Shown here one piece after another: positions 1 to 15,059 of a DNA stretch of 64,000 bases. Numbering within the stretch: the stretch's first letter is position 1; each line of letters opens with the position of its first letter. The stretch lies in NCBI RefSeq assembly GCF_009914755.1, contig NC_060947.1, one strand, 5' to 3'. The notes under the pieces were generated by a model that was not told the origin of the DNA, made no database searches, and saw nothing but the letters and a program-made list of their open reading frames with translations. The translations under genes and the position numbers were made by a program. The stretch comes from the human T2T-CHM13v2.0 reference genome, Homo sapiens.

Positions 1-39
1 GGGGTCAGCACTTCTAAGCTGTTGCTGACCTCTGGCCTC

Positions 40-901
<862 letters not shown>

Positions 902-919
902 CAGACATGATTAAAAAAA

Positions 920-1062
920 ACACTTTCATTCAGAAATAATTTTAAACTTACAGAGAAGTTGCAAGAATAAAAATGGTACAAATATCATCTACATATGTTT
1001 TACCTAGATTCACTTACTGTACACATTTTACCTCATTTACTTTAGATCTGCCTGTATATCTT

Positions 1063-1116
<54 letters not shown>

Positions 1117-1480
1117 ACAATGCTTTTCTGATGCATTTGAGAGTAAGTTACATACATTATGGGTCTTTAATACTTCAGTGAGTATTTCCTAAGAATAATC
1201 TGTTACCTAATCACAATAGAGTTATCAACTTCCATTTGATTAATATTGATACAACACATTTATTTAATCTTTTGTTCTCATTCCAATTTTGTCAATTGAC
1301 CCAATAATGTCCTTTATGGCATCTTTTCCCTCCAACATAAGATCCGGTAGGGTCAGGTGTTACATTTGGTTGTCATGTCTCTTTAGCCTCCTTTAATCTG
1401 GAACATTTCGACAGCCTTTCTTTGTCTTTTACGATATTATTTTTCCAAGTTAACTGTCATCCTCCTGCTTTTTAAAAGAA
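920..1480 (-). mobile_element. Old L1M (L1MC-like) 3' end
   Basis: aataattttaaacttacagagaagttgcaagaat... antisense L1MC 3' UTR signature. Confidence 0.7.
1067..1119. repeat. (CA)n microsatellite
   Basis: Direct reading. Confidence 0.97.
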
Positions 1481-2249
1481 TGTCAGAATTTAAAAAATCT
1501 CCTAGGTTTGGCAGCCTATTTTATTTACATATGTACATACGGACGGATGTGGAGTCTCTGAGTAGTGTCATAATCATTCCCAGTGCAAGACTCCAAACAT
1601 GAACCTCCTTTTATTCTCATCCTGAACTTGTAATCAATAGCAATATTTTGTATGCAGTTGTACACGAACCTTTGTTTCATTTTATTTACAGTACCTTTCT
1701 TCTTCGTTAAGTAGAGTTGGGGTAAGAGGAAATCACAAATCTCTTTCTCTTCCAGCTTCTGCTGGGTTGCAGGCTGCATGAGAGGAAAAGTCAATAGAGG
1801 AAGTGAGAGAGTAAACTGAGAAGTTGAAATCAAAGTGGTGGGCTGCTGAGCCGCGGCTGTGGTGTATCTCTCTCTGAAGTCAAAGCATTTTTACAGACAG
1901 CATTCAACCGTAGTTAAATAAAATCCCTATGCTGTAGAAAGGGAAGGCATTAGTAATTTCCGTTGTCTATGAGTGAAAACAGAGACGCTGAGAGGCTCAA
2001 TGGCTTTTCTGCTTTGAGTTTGAGAGGCAATGAGGAATCACGGAAAAAGAACTAATAAAGGAGTGAATCCATTCTGGAGATTTGAATCTATTTATTACCA
2101 TTGCTGCCAAGGCATTATGTAGCTCAGCAAGTCACATCATCCCTGAACCTTGGTATCATTATCTGTAAAATTAGGCTTTGGAGTGGACTCAATTCACTTT
2201 AAGTTTCCTTCATATTCTAAAATGCAGTGGTGATCAATTCCAGCATACA

Positions 2250-3170
2250 TTTCATGAACATTTATGGAGTGCCTACTAAGTGTTGACCACTGGGCTAGGT
2301 GCTGCACCTATAAAGATAGGTAGGACCTGGTCTTTGTTCTCAAGGATCTCCCAGTATGGTAGGCAGGAGGAGCAGGCATGTAAGCCAAGATTTGTGGTTC
2401 AAGGTGATAAGGGGCAAGTTCAAGGTACAATGTTGTTGCAAAGGAGACGGCAAGGAACTTTCCCTGGGGGATGGAATAAAAGAAGTGACAGTAGTTGTTG
2501 AACAGAGCCCTGAAATGGGGACAGGGCATTCTAGGCAGAAGGTACATGGCTGTTGGTGGACTGCATATACTTTGGGTTTGCTGGAACACAATGTGCCAGA
2601 GGTAAAGTGAGGGTAATGAGGCTGGCACAGTAGCTAGGCAGGGGCCAAATCTAAGAGGGTCACTTGGTCAGGCAGAGAGGAATTTGAGCCTGGGAGGGAG
2701 GGATGGGGCTGAGACTCATGGCAAGGAAATCAATGGGGACTCTATTGCCAATGATAAAGGACTGAGAGACACTGGGAGCGGAAGCAGAAGAACGATTGGA
2801 GACATGTTTAGGAGAAAGGCTTGAGAAGGCTCACTGATTGGCTGTGGGGTCGAAGAGGAAATGTCACAGGACTTCCATGTTTCTGATTTGCCCAGTGGAC
2901 TAGATTATGGTGCTACTAACTAGGTAGGCCCTAGGTAGATGTCAGCAATTGGAAGACCTCAAGGAGGAGCTGGCTTGGGGGATGTATAATGAATTCAGGT
3001 TAGGATATGTTGGCCTTGAGATGTGTATGGGACACTTAAGAGGAGATTTCCACTAGGCAGTTGTACAAATAGATCTGGGACTCAGGAAAGAAGTCTAGGT
3101 TGGAGACAGATTTAATGGTTAACATGTTAGGTGTGAGCAATGTCACCCAGGGAGATTGTAACTTTAGGAA
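2250..3170 (-). mobile_element. L2 remnant
   Basis: catttatggagtgcctactaagtg..ctgggctaggtgctg; later ggatatgttggccttgagatg..ggcagttg..atagatctgg typical of antisense L2. Confidence 0.75.
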
Positions 3171-3489
3171 AAGACTGTGACAGAGGGAAGAACATGAGCT
3201 CTCTTGTCTTATTAGAGCTGGCTTCTTTGCTGAGATCTTTTGAGCCGTATGATATTGGGCAAGTAACTCTGAATCTGTTTCTTTATTTTTAACGATGACC
3301 CCAATTTATAGACTTGTGAGAGTTTGAGATTTAAAAAGATAGGTCCAATCAATGGAAATTATCAGGGGAGCAGGAAGGGCACCCTGGGAGACACCATTAA
3401 GCTAGAGTTTTATTCATCTGCTTCCTAAAGGTGTCAAGAGGAGCTGTCTGCTATGTTCCCTGCCCCCTTACTGTCTTTCTTGCCATACT

Positions 3490-3660
3490 AATTTATTACC
3501 AGTTGCTTCATTTCTCCAAGCCATGGCTTCTTCCTCTGTAAAACGAAGATGATAACAACTCTCTGATTATCTCAGAGAGTTCTTTTGAAAATCAGTGAGA
3601 CAAGGTTTGTGTGAACACTGCAAACTGCAAAGTACGATGTGAATACTAGTTATTATCAAT
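3490..3660 (+). mobile_element. MIR
   Basis: ttcttcctctgtaaaacgaagatgataac core. Confidence 0.55.
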
Positions 3661-4482
3661 ATGAGTAAACAAACAGTTGTGCCCAGTTTGTCAGCATTTT
3701 CTATGCTGTTACCACTCTGGAGTGTCTGTCAGCATGAACGCTAAAGAATGTTGTAACAAGTCAGTGGCGGAACTGAAATAAAACCAATGGTCTCTCACTC
3801 TAGGCCGTAGTTATGCTGATCACTGTATGAGGCTTGAACAGACCCGGGATTTACCTTCCGACAGATTAGTTCATTGTGGGCCAGGGGTAAGAATAGGTGA
3901 GCAGGAGGAAGGAGAGCTGTGGATTGGAGAACGTGTGAGATCACCAGGGGCTTGGGGTCTCCTGTGATCACTACTTGTCGACTCTGCTGTCCTCACAATG
4001 GGGAAGTGTAAAGACAGCTCTGCCCTTAATGGTGTGATCTCAACTTCTCATAGAACTTCAAATTATCATCTCCAGGTGGGGAAAGATAACCTCCACATAA
4101 CACATAAAACCTGCTGGCACCCAGTAGGCCCATAGGTAGATGTCAGTTCCAGATTTTCAGAATGGAAGAAGATAGCAGAATTCACTGGGTGAGGCAGCCC
4201 CAGTGCCAAACTAGACCGTGATTACAGAGAGATTAGGCTAGATTCTGGCTTGAGGGCAAAGATGAGCCAGATTGACGACTTGAGCTCAAGTTTAGGTTGC
4301 TTTTACTTCTGTTTTCTCCCAAAGCAGCAAACAAGGCATGCAGATGTATAGAAAAGAACACAGGGATGTAGAGGCTACTCCTCATCACTTGTCTGGCTTT
4401 TCTTGGTGATCTTGGCAGCCTGAAAAGAGTGAGATGTCCTCTAGGCTAGAGGAGCCCAGAGTCCGTGGGCCCATTGCCTTTT

Positions 4483-4807
4483 CTTGCCCCCTTTTTTCTT
4501 TTTATTTCTTTCTTTTTTTTTTTTTTTTGAGATAGGTTCTCACTGTTGTTCAGGCTGGAGTGAAGTGGCACAATTATAGCTCACTATAACCTCAAACTTC
4601 TGGACTCAAGTGATCCTCCCATTTTAGCCTCCTGAGTAGCTGAGACTACAGGCATGTGTCACCATACCTGGCTAACTTTTAAAAGTCTTGTAAAGATAGG
4701 GTCTCCTAATTTGCCCAGGCTGGTCTTGAACTCCTGGCTTCAAGCATTGCTCCCACCTCAGCCTCCCAAGTAATTGTGATTACAGGTGTGAGCCACCACA
4801 CCCACCT
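4483..4807 (-). mobile_element. AluJ
   Basis: Antisense Alu body; TSD cccattgcctttt at 4470-4482 and 4808-4820. Confidence 0.93.
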
Positions 4808-5119
4808 CCCATTGCCTTTTAAACTCCAGCATGTCACCATCCAGAAACAACTCGTACAGCCAAATAAGGCAGTGGTCTGGTACTCAACACACCTCCTCAC
4901 TCAGGCCTAAAGCTCACATTTGATCCTTGGAATTCTTGCTGCGGCACCACGGGGCAATTGCCTCTGATCTGTGTTTGCCTGGTGGGTCCTAGGAGTTTTC
5001 CGTTTATATTTACTTACAGGTTTTCCAAAGCAGGTCTGGCCATAACCTACAGCACATGACCTGCACACATGTCCTTCTTTCTCCCCCTTCCTCCCTCCCT
5101 CCTTCTCTTCTCTCTCTTT

Positions 5120-6060
5120 TTAAATAGCCGTTATCTTTTAGAACAGTTTCATATTTACAGAAAAATTGAGCTGATAGTACAGATAGTTCCCATATACTTC
5201 CTGCCCCCCATCCAGCACATAGGTTCCCCTATTATTAATACTAATATTTTTTATTAGTGTAAAATTAGTATTAGTATATTTTTCACAATTAATAAACCAA
5301 TTGTGATACATATTATTAACTAAAGCCCATATAGCTCATTCAGCTTTTCTTAGTTTCTCTAAAGTCCTTTTTCTGTTTCTGGATCCCATCCCGGATGCCA
5401 CGTTACATTTAGTTGTCACATCTCCTTAGGCTCGTCTTAGCTGTGACCGTTTTTCAGATTTTTCTTGGTTCTGATGACCTTGTCAGGTTTGAGGAGCACC
5501 AGTCAGGTATTTGGTAGGTGGCCGTTCTGTTGGAATTTGTCAGGTGTTTTTCTCATGATTGGGCTGGGGTTTGTGAGTTTTTGGAAGGAAGGCCACAGAG
5601 GTAAAGTGTCATTTTCATCACATCATATCAAGGGTCCATACCATGAAGATGATTTATGACTTGATGTTTTTCTTCATCATTTTTCTGAAATACTGTTTGT
5701 CTGTTTTTTTTTCCACTGTAAAGTTACTCTTTTATTCCTCCTTTCCATTCTGTACACTTTGCTGGGAAGTCATTATGTGGAGCCCATGTTTAAGGAACGG
5801 GGAATTTTTCTTTACTTCGTTTAGGGTGGAGTATCTACAAAATTTATTTGAAATTCTTCTGCATGGGAGATTTGTTTCTTCTCCCCCATGTATTAATTTG
5901 TTCAATCATTTGCTTATATCAGTACGGACTCATGAATATTTTATACTTTGGATTATAATCTAATATTACTTTCTTTTTTTTTGTTCAAACTGTTCCAGCT
6001 TTGGCCATTGAAAGCTCTTTTAGTTGGCTCATGTTTCACTCTGACATATCCTCATTAATT

Positions 6061-6091
<31 letters not shown>

Positions 6092-6130
6092 TGGGAGAGT
6101 TGGGCACTTCTCTACTTTCTGGCACTACAG
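5120..6130 (-). mobile_element. L1MC/L1MD 3' end
   Basis: tttagaacagtttcatatttacagaaaaattgagc... through ttctggcactacag; contains (TG)n near 6061-6091. Confidence 0.8.
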
Positions 6131-6149
6131 GTCTGTTTTAAAAAATTGT

Positions 6150-6310
6150 TATTTATTTACTCAACCAAAATGCAGTATGAATTCACTGTATATCAGGCAG
6201 AGAGGATTCAAGAATGAACAGCACCTGGCACCTGCCTTCAAGGAACTCTCAGCAGGTGTAGCAGAAGAGAGGAGAAACAAGCAAGAAAAGAGATCAGGAC
6301 AAGATAGCAT
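6150..6310 (-). mobile_element. L2 3' fragment
   Basis: ttatttactcaacc..cctgccttcaaggaactc. Confidence 0.5.
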
Positions 6311-7399
6311 ATGGTGAGAACTTTGGCAGAGGGCAGAAGCTCAGGATGCCTGATTCAGTTCCACGTACTCTTCTTCCCTTCCTCTCCTGAGCATTTCTTA
6401 CTGGTTCTCTTAGGAGAAGCTTCAGCTTCATACCCTGGGCTAGTTTCTCTTCCTTCCCTTGGTGTCTGTTATCAATCGTTGTGCTTTTCAAGCAGGGCAG
6501 TATTGTAGAAAGGGCATGGCACTCAGAACAGATAAGCAAGCATTCCTGAGAATCTACATTGATACTGAACATACACAAGATGGCTCCTAACTGTAGCAAA
6601 GGATGATGGCAGCCTTTTATCAGCCCTTTGCAGCTCCTGTGGGTATGGGGTAGGTGCCGGTTACGGAGAACAGGAAGGGAGAAGGAGTGAGGATGGCAAT
6701 GGCAGGAATTTGATTTTATTTCCTCCCAAATTTCAGCCTCATTGAAGCTTGGGGTCCTAGGAACCTGCACTCTCAGCCCCTTGCCTCACATTTCCAAAGC
6801 CCAGCTCATGGCCAACCCTTGGTTAATCGACATCTGAGCAGTAATTATTTTTAGATTGCCCACTATATGTTCTGCTACTCAGTGTTATGCGATCATGTAA
6901 TGAAATCCATGCCCTAGTGCATTAACTAACCTTTTGAAAAACCCTTTCAATAGCATCTCCCTCTTCCTCCCCCTTCACAAAGAGCTGGCAAAAAGCTCCC
7001 GGACTTGAGTGCTAAATGTCGAACCATTAAGAACCCTGGTGAAAGCTATGAAGTCATCAAGTATTGACCTGAGAGAACATTTAGCACCATCTGATTTCTC
7101 CATCCCGACATCAACATGAAACGAACCTTACATGCCAGTGAATCACTTTCCCTATTTAAGTTCACAGAGTTTGTCTAAAATAGCTCCCCAGGTACAAAAT
7201 GAAAATTCAGCCCAGGGATCATAATGGTGAGTGGTAGACTCAAGTTTTATGCTTTCATCATAAGAAAAAGAGGGTTTACTAAAATTAGGGATTTTTTTTT
7301 TTGGTTGGGGAGGGATGATAGAGTGAAGGTGCCTTCTTATTCACAGAAGCCTTAGGAAATTAGGAATCCAATCCCACTTGTACTACATATTCTTAACAC

Positions 7400-8030
7400 C
7401 CTATGTTCTCCAGCTGTAGTGTGAAGAGTTTGTTCAAAATGCAGATTCCAGCCCCATGTTCAGGCATGGTGATTTGGTTGGTATAGCAGATGACTTTGCC
7501 CGCCCCCCCATATTTCTTCAGCCCTTACTATTTCAGTGTACCCCAGCCTGATCCCCAACTCCCAGCACCTGCATCTTTTTCCAGAGGGCTGTGATTTTGC
7601 AGGCCAGAAGTGTCAGGGAATTAATGCGACCAAAGTGCAGCCTTGACCAATTATTGAAGGACTTGGTGTCCAATCGCCTCAACTCCCCCTCCTCTTCATA
7701 ATTTTGAGATGCATGTACTATATTGTTTCCAAAGTTCCCAGTGGAATTAAGTTCCAGTCGCCCACAGTAGTAGCTGGCTTGAGAGTGCACCATTAATTGG
7801 CTGCCTTCTTTTCCCCGTCTCATTTCCCCACTCCCCTACCAATGTTTTCTGGGACCACCTCCCAAATCAACTTTCTGCAATAGAATCCTTGTCTTCTTCT
7901 CAGAGAACCCAAACTAAAAGAGTAGGTCTGGGGTGGAGTAATAATCTGCATTTTTTTTTTTTTGCAAGCAGCCCACAGTGATTCAATGCACATGGCATGA
8001 CATAGAACATTTTGGGAAGCTCTGCTCTGA
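7400..8030. mobile_element. MER5-like hAT MITE interrupted by an LTR16/LTR33-family ERVL LTR (~7483-7920, +)
   Basis: aaaatgcagattcc on the left and gtaggtctggggtgg..aatctgcatttt on the right; insert ends gaatccttgtc..cagagaacccaaactaaaa. Confidence 0.65.
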
Positions 8031-9949
8031 GACTTTTATGATAGTTAAATGTAAGGTTATTAGCATTCTTTTTATTGGTCTATTTTCTAGAGCCTTGGCA
8101 TTTCCCTCAAGTCTTATGACTATTTCCTCCAGGGTCCAAACTGAGGTGGGGTGGAAAGCTGGATCTTGCTCAGTTAAGTTTCCCCAGAAAGTCAGAGTGT
8201 ACAAAGAGGACTTAGAGATGAATTGAAATGAACCATCCCTGAAAGAGCTGTTCCAAGGGAGCACCATGGTGGAGAAAGACAAGTGCAGGAATGAAACAGG
8301 ACTGAAAAGTGTTGGAGCAGTAGGGTTATTGGGTCATAAACTGGAAGTGCTGAGCTAAAACAAAGTCAAAGAGGTAAAGGAACAGGCTGAGAGAGTAAGG
8401 AGAGGGGGTAATGAGATTGAAGACCCATTCGGGATTAATTGCATGGATGCCAGTGGTTCACTCTGTATGTCCTTGACGTTCTTTGCTGGGCTGGGGACAG
8501 ACCAGTATAGATGACTCCTAAAACAACAGACTAAGCATGAGATCATGGTACACACAGACACTATAGAGTATATACATGCATGTGTGCATGCACACACACT
8601 CACACAAACATACACACACATAAAGTTAAAGGAGTGGGATATTGAGAGACAACTTTGAAGAAGACATTATGGGAAAAAGGAGAGATACTTTGGACTTCCT
8701 TATATTTATTTTCTGGTTTAGTGTTGTTTGTATTCTATATTACATGTCTTTTCAGGGTCTAGAGCTGCCTCTAATGGTCTTAAACTGGCCGTGGAGCACA
8801 CCCGCACACGCCAGCAGGCAGCAGTCACATATCCAAATGACCCTTTGTCCTGAATCCAATCTGGAGTGTCTATTCTAGCCTATGTATTGATTTTTGTTTC
8901 TGCTACCAAAGTTCCCAAATGAGCACCAACTCATTTGACTAAGATCCTACCCCTGCTAAGCCTTCACCAGGCCTCCTTACTGGAAGGAGTTGGACTCTGA
9001 TCCTTGTACCCCCAGCTATTGCCTGGGATTGGATGCCTCCTAGATCCCACTGTAATCAAGATGCTGCCATTCTTACTGATCTTGCCCACTAGATTATCAG
9101 ATAACCGTGACTGTTGGGGCCAGCTGGACATGCCCCAGAACATTGCCATATAGATTGCTGGTCATGTTCCTTGGGACTAGCCTTATGGGCCACTCATAAT
9201 ATTTAGTTAAGCCCCACTGAACCCTGCTATGTTGCTCCAACACCCCAGCATGCTTTGCAGCTGAGGCTGCGTGGTTAATTGAAAACAAACAAAAAAAAGC
9301 TTTAGAGAGTAACAGTTACAAATGTAAACTCCACCAATGGATCTCTGTTTTTTCACTAGTGTTTCACAAGCCCTTTGAAGAGTGCCTGGCACAGTAGGCA
9401 TTCAATCAAACTTTGTTGCATAGATGAATGATATGGTGTTGACAAGGAAGAAAAGGAATATGGCATGTCACATAGGGAGCTTTTCAATTAACTCAGATAT
9501 CTATGTATTGTAAATGGAAGGGTGACTAGAAATAATTTTTTAGTGAAGAGTCTCAACTCAGTGGGGATAGAAACATGAAAGTGTTTTATTTAAACCGTGC
9601 TCTGTCTTATTGCCCTTCCCATTTCCTTAATAACATCTTGGGCAAATTCTATAACTTTCTGGTCATTTTTTATATTAGAAGTCCAGTCCCATTTTAAAAT
9701 CTCAATCTCAATCTCATTTCCTCTCCTTGCCTGAGCCCAAATTGAGCTGGGTTGGAGTGGCCTCGTTTAGCTCCAAAATATCCCCAACCCCACTTCCAAG
9801 GCCTAGCTCGCCAAGCAAGTTGGCTGTGGCCAGGTGAGAGAAGAAAAGGGACAAAGGTCTTTTTACTTAATGGGCTACTGTCATTCTCTCTGTTGCTTGG
9901 TGTGTCTTCTTTGGTGCACACTGCCAGGCCTCTGTGCCCTCTGGTGGCA

Positions 9950-11429
9950 GGCTTCCAAACGCTGGCTTTCTTGGGGGGCACACGGTGAATTCCTTAGGGC
10001 TGTGGTTCTCAGAGACCTTTTCTTTGGTCTGTTAGATCATAACTATTTTCATGTGGATACTAAGATGTCATTTGTCTTTTTAACTGTGTTGGCATTGACA
10101 ATGATGGTGCAAAAGCAGTGATGGATAAGACCGCCAGTGCCTTAGCAGGAATTAAGGCAGCAGCACCAAACTGTACCAGTAATTGTGGTATTCTTCATTG
10201 TTGTGTACTCCTGGTGACAAACCAAACCAAACCAAAACAGACTCCAGTTGCAATTAAGAATGTCCTTGATTAAACAGTAAAAATTACTAATTGTATCGAA
10301 GTTTGATGTTTGAGTACATGTCTTTTTACTATTCCGTGTAAGAAAATGCATAAAGAAGTAATGCATACAGCACTTATGTCTCATACTGAAGTATAATGGT
10401 TGTCTCAAGAAAGATTATGTGTATGATTGAGTTGTGAGCTGAACCGGCCACTTATTTTCATGGAACATCATTTTCACTGGAAGAAATGCCTGACTGGTAA
10501 ATTGGTTATTTAGACTTGTGCATTTGCAGTCATTTTCTTGCAAGTGATTTAACTGAGGCCTGTCTCTTCAAGGAAAACAACTGACAGTATTTGTTGTCAA
10601 TGATAAAATTTGAGCTTTCAAGCAAAAATGAAAATTTCAGAAGACCTGTCTTCACCACTGTGAGCTTGAAAGCTTCCTAGTAATTAAAAACGTTTCTGGT
10701 GAGATGACTGGTGAGATCAGTGGTGATATTAACAAATACAACTTTTTGACTTTTTGACATTGTCTAATGAAATGTACCAACATTTGGGACATCTGCATAA
10801 CTCAGTGAACCAATATTTTCAAATTACCAATGCATGATGTTATAAAACCATGTAAAAGATCCATTCAAAGTGCAAGACGGACCAATGGATTTTAATGTAA
10901 CACAGTATGAAAAATGTACTGTTATGGTTTAAGGTTCCATGTCGCAATTAACCTTTAAGAAACTATCTGTTATTAGGTTTTTGGTGTAGTATCAAATAAT
11001 ATTTATAATTACCTGAAAAGGCTATTAAAATGCTCCTTTTCCAACTACGTATTTGTGTGAGGTTTGATATTCATATTTTTCTGCAAAGCCAATATGTTGC
11101 AAAAGATTGAATATAGAAGCAGATATGATAATCCAGTTGTCTTCTGTTAAATCAGAGATTTGCAAAAATGTAAAACAATGCCACTCACTCGTTGGTTTGT
11201 TCTGGAAAATACAGTTATTTTTCCTAAAAATATGTTATTTATGTTAAGATGTAATGAGCTTTATTGTTATTTTTAAATGAATCAATTAATAAATATAAAA
11301 ATTATCAGTTTTGCTTTCAAATACAGTAAATATTAGTAGCTATAACCCACATAAACAAAAAGTCTTTAGGATCCTTAATAATTTTTAAGAGTATGAAAGG
11401 ATTCTGAGACCAGAGTTTTAGAACTACTG
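9950..11429 (+). mobile_element. Charlie1a hAT DNA transposon (non-autonomous, decayed)
   Basis: aactattttcat..tactaagatg..gatggtgcaaaagc..gcaccaaactgtac 5' signature; end ctgagaccagagttttagaactactg; ~1.45 kb. Confidence 0.85.
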
Positions 11430-11439
11430 ATTTAGAGCT

Positions 11440-11590
11440 CTGTTGTTCCAAATTGTTTGGACCAGCAGAACCCAAATCATTTGGGATCTTGTTAGAAATG
11501 CAGAGCCCCCTCCCAGACCCACTGAATCAGACCTGCATTTTAATAAGATCCCCAGGTGATCCATAGGCATAAGAAAGACTGAGATGTACT
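11440..11590. mobile_element. MER5A-like MITE
   Basis: cttgttagaaatgcag..cccagacccactgaatcaga..tgcattttaataagatccccaggtgat. Confidence 0.8.
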
Positions 11591-12139
11591 ATCTTAGAGG
11601 GACCTGCAGGCCTCTAAGTGCACCTCTAGGTGTCTGATGGGGGAGATCGGGTTCAGCCTCTTTTCCTCCCTCTCCCTCAGCTACTACCATTGGGGTATGC
11701 TCCAAGCCTCTTGCTGCTGTGGGGAGCCCTTTGTCTGGTGGGTAGCCCTTTTGAGCGGAATGCCAGCACAGATGCTTAAGCATAGGTACCTTCTTCCTCA
11801 ATGTCTCCTTGGCCTGTAGGAAATGTACTCATTTTTGCCTTGCCAAACTTTGGCACACAGGTATGTCCACTGCCACCCCTCTTCACTGTCATTTCGGGGT
11901 GGGCTGTTCCAGCATCCACCTTGTCCTACCTTGTTCTATATTTCCAGGCTGGAAGTAGGCACTAGTTTCTATGTTTGCATAAGTCTCCACACTGCCCAGC
12001 ACTCCCTCATCATGCTCTGATGTTTGCACTAGGGTGAGCCTGCAGGTTCTGCCCCTCAACAAGCATCCAGCTGGAGAAGGGGGGCCAGTCCATGCTGCTG
12101 CTTTTTTTCACCTCCTTTCCCCTTTTCTCTTTCTCTTCT

Positions 12140-12888
12140 TTTGCAACAGCTATTGAGATATAATTAACATACCATACAGTTCACCCATTTAAAGTGTACA
12201 ACTCAATGCCTTTGAATATATTCATGGATTTTTTTGCACCATCACCACAATCAATTTTAGAACAATTTCATCACCCTAAAAAGAAACCCTGTACCACTCA
12301 GCCATTATCCCCGACCTTCCCCTCTACCCAGCCTTAGGAAACCACTAATCTACTTCCTATATTAATGGATTTGCCTATTCTAAACATTTCATATAAATGG
12401 AATCCTATACTATGTGGTCATTCGTGCCTGGCTTCTGTCATTTAGCATAGTGCTTTCAAGGTTCATCCATGTTGTAGCATGTATCAGGACTTCATTCCTT
12501 TCTGCGGCTGAATAATACTCCATTATACGGATGGACCACATATTGTTCATCCATTCCTCAGGTGGTGGATGATTTGAGTTGTTTCCACTTTTGACTATTA
12601 TGAATAGTGCTGCTGTTAACATTTGTGAACAAGTTTTTGTGTGGACATATGTTTTCAATTATCTTGAGTATATACCTAGGAATGGAATTGCTGGGTCATG
12701 TATTAACTCTTTGTTTAACCTTTTGATAAACTGCCAGACTCTTTTCCAAAGCAGCTGCCCCATTTTTCCATTCCCACCAGCAGCATATGAGGGTTCCAGT
12801 TTTTCCACATCCTCACCAACCCTTGTTATTGTCTGTCTTTTTGATTAAAGCCAGACCATGTGAAGTGATATCTCATTGTAGTTTTGCG
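12140..12888 (-). mobile_element. L1MB 3' end
   Basis: attgagatataattaacataccatacagttcacccatttaaagtgtac...; minus-strand ORF 12410-12658 resembles the ORF2 C-terminus. Confidence 0.9.
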
Positions 12889-14099
12889 GTCCACACTTTT
12901 TGTGGGCACCACTTGACCTTGCCTAAGGATGTGGAAGAGAAGGCACCCTCATTCCTTTTCCATGGGGAGAGGATGAAGTGCCCCACTCATCACACTGCGC
13001 TCCCATATGAGGGTTGATTACCCCATGACTCCAGCAACTTCTTCCCCACTGTTCAACTTATAGAGATTGGAGGAAATCGTGCCTCCCCTCCTCTCCTCTG
13101 CAAGGTGTGATGACTGACAGGAAGGGGGCCCACTCTGTGAAGTGCCTGGTCCTAATAGTTTGTGCCTGTCTTTAGAATGTGGAGCTACTCACTCCTTCTC
13201 TGTCCTCAGCGTTAGGCCCAAAGTCCCACTCAACATTCTTTCCCATAAAAGAACAAATACAAACCTGTAAAACTATTATCACAACTACTTTAACCCCAAA
13301 CAAACTGTGCTTTGACCAAAAAGGCTAACTCTTTTTGGAGTAGGTTTTTCAATTTATCCTCTGCTCCCACCAAATATGGATGGGATTAGCCTGACTGCTT
13401 GGGTCTGATGGTGTCACATCAGTGGGCAGGAGAGAAAATGCAGAAAGGTCAGAACACGCTTGGCTAAGAGGAATTGAAGCCAGAGACAAGTGAGGTGATC
13501 ATAAGAGAGCCGCAAGCTGCTATAAATGGATTTTCATCTTCTGACACAGAAAAAATGATAATCTGAGGGAATTTAGACAAATGCAGTTGAAATTGCTGAG
13601 CCACTGCTGGTAATTCTGAGGGACCGTGGGGAAGAGAAGAGCTCAAAGATTGGAAAGGGAAAGTGTCCCAATTTCCCAAAAACTCTAACCTCAAATTGGA
13701 AATGGAATTCACTCAAAATTCTAAAATGAATTATTAAATTGAGTGGTTTATGGGTACTTAGAAAGGGAAGAGGGGTTGGCTAGGAAATGGCTTGGAGCCA
13801 CTGTGTCATGCTGGGTGAGTCCCATTTCCATGTGAATAGAGTTAGTGCCCTGGCAGACTAGGGGCGTGCTCTGGCATCGAGACTCCACAACTAGATTTTA
13901 GATAGGTTTGTCACAGTGTTTTTACAAAAATCCATTTCCTGCTAAGATGGAGAATTACAAATAGGATGAAAAACAGCGGGGGATGGTGTGTGTCTGGAGC
14001 TGGTTGAACAACCCTACCCAGAGAGTGCTGATTTAATGGTAACCCAGAAGAGTTCCGGTAGTAATAGTAATAATAATGATAATAGCAATGGCAATGATG

Positions 14100-14350
14100 A
14101 CAGTAATAGTTGCAGTTACTTATTGAGCTCTTACTATCTTCCAGACATTGCCAGAAATGCTTTCCATGTATTAAGCTACTTCACCCTCACAATTATGTAC
14201 TCCATGAGGTAGGAAAGATCCCGAAATATGCTCATTTGCAACCAAGTACCTCACAATTATGTACTTCATGATGTAGGAACTGTGATTATGGCTGGGTCTG
14301 TAGACGTGGAAAGTGAGCAATTAAGTTATTTGTCTAAGGCCACACAGCCT
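14100..14350 (-). mobile_element. MIR carrying a 31-bp duplication plus filler
   Basis: ttattgagctcttactat..ccagac..ttgtctaaggccacacagc; see findings. Confidence 0.65.
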
Positions 14351-15059
14351 TAGACAAGAGGTTCTGAAGAGAAAAAAATCTGAAAAACCATACTTAGACC
14401 TCATATTGCAAAGATTTTTAGCTGAAAAGAAAGAGTGACAAAGAATCTTTGTCCAGAGCAGATGACTGTCTTGTTAAAATATTCTTTTTTTTTTAACTTT
14501 CCAAAAATGAAGCATTCTAAATAATGGAGCTGGGATTTGAACCCAGTCCTACAGAGGACATGTGTATATGTTGGAGCATACATTCAAGATCTGGCTATAG
14601 AAACCCAGGCTCCAGGAAGTAGTATTATGTTTCTTCCATAGTAGCTTGCCTTTTTGGGGTTTTTGATTCAATAGGGGTTGGGGTGTGGGTGGGTAGGTAG
14701 ATGAGGCAGCCACTTCTGGCTGAGGCACCACAGTTTTTTTCCCATTTGCCCAGCATAGGTCGTTCTTGCCTTCAGTGGGAAGCCAAGCTGAGGTGGTGGG
14801 AAAAACCCAAGCTGTGGAGTCAGAGCAAGCAGGTTGATGTGTGAACTTTCAGTGTTCTTCCTCTTCCAGGAGCCTCTTTTCTTAAAACTTACTCTGATTG
14901 TGGAGTGAATGAAATGCTATGACCCCTATTTAAGGGATGTGAGGTGTTTGCCTGCAAATGGGCATATTTTGGGGTCTTTCTCTGAGTCCCCGAATTTCCT
15001 CCAGAAAGGTCCCATCACATTGGTGCCTGTGTGGGCACAGTTTTTCCTCAGTCCTTTGT

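Noticed and set aside
9950-11429. Domesticated hAT transposase gene
   Set aside because: No long ORF; the element is decayed with many stops.
14185-14279. CRISPR-like repeat-spacer-repeat
   Set aside because: Only two units, the repeat is MIR sequence, the host is eukaryotic and there are no cas genes.
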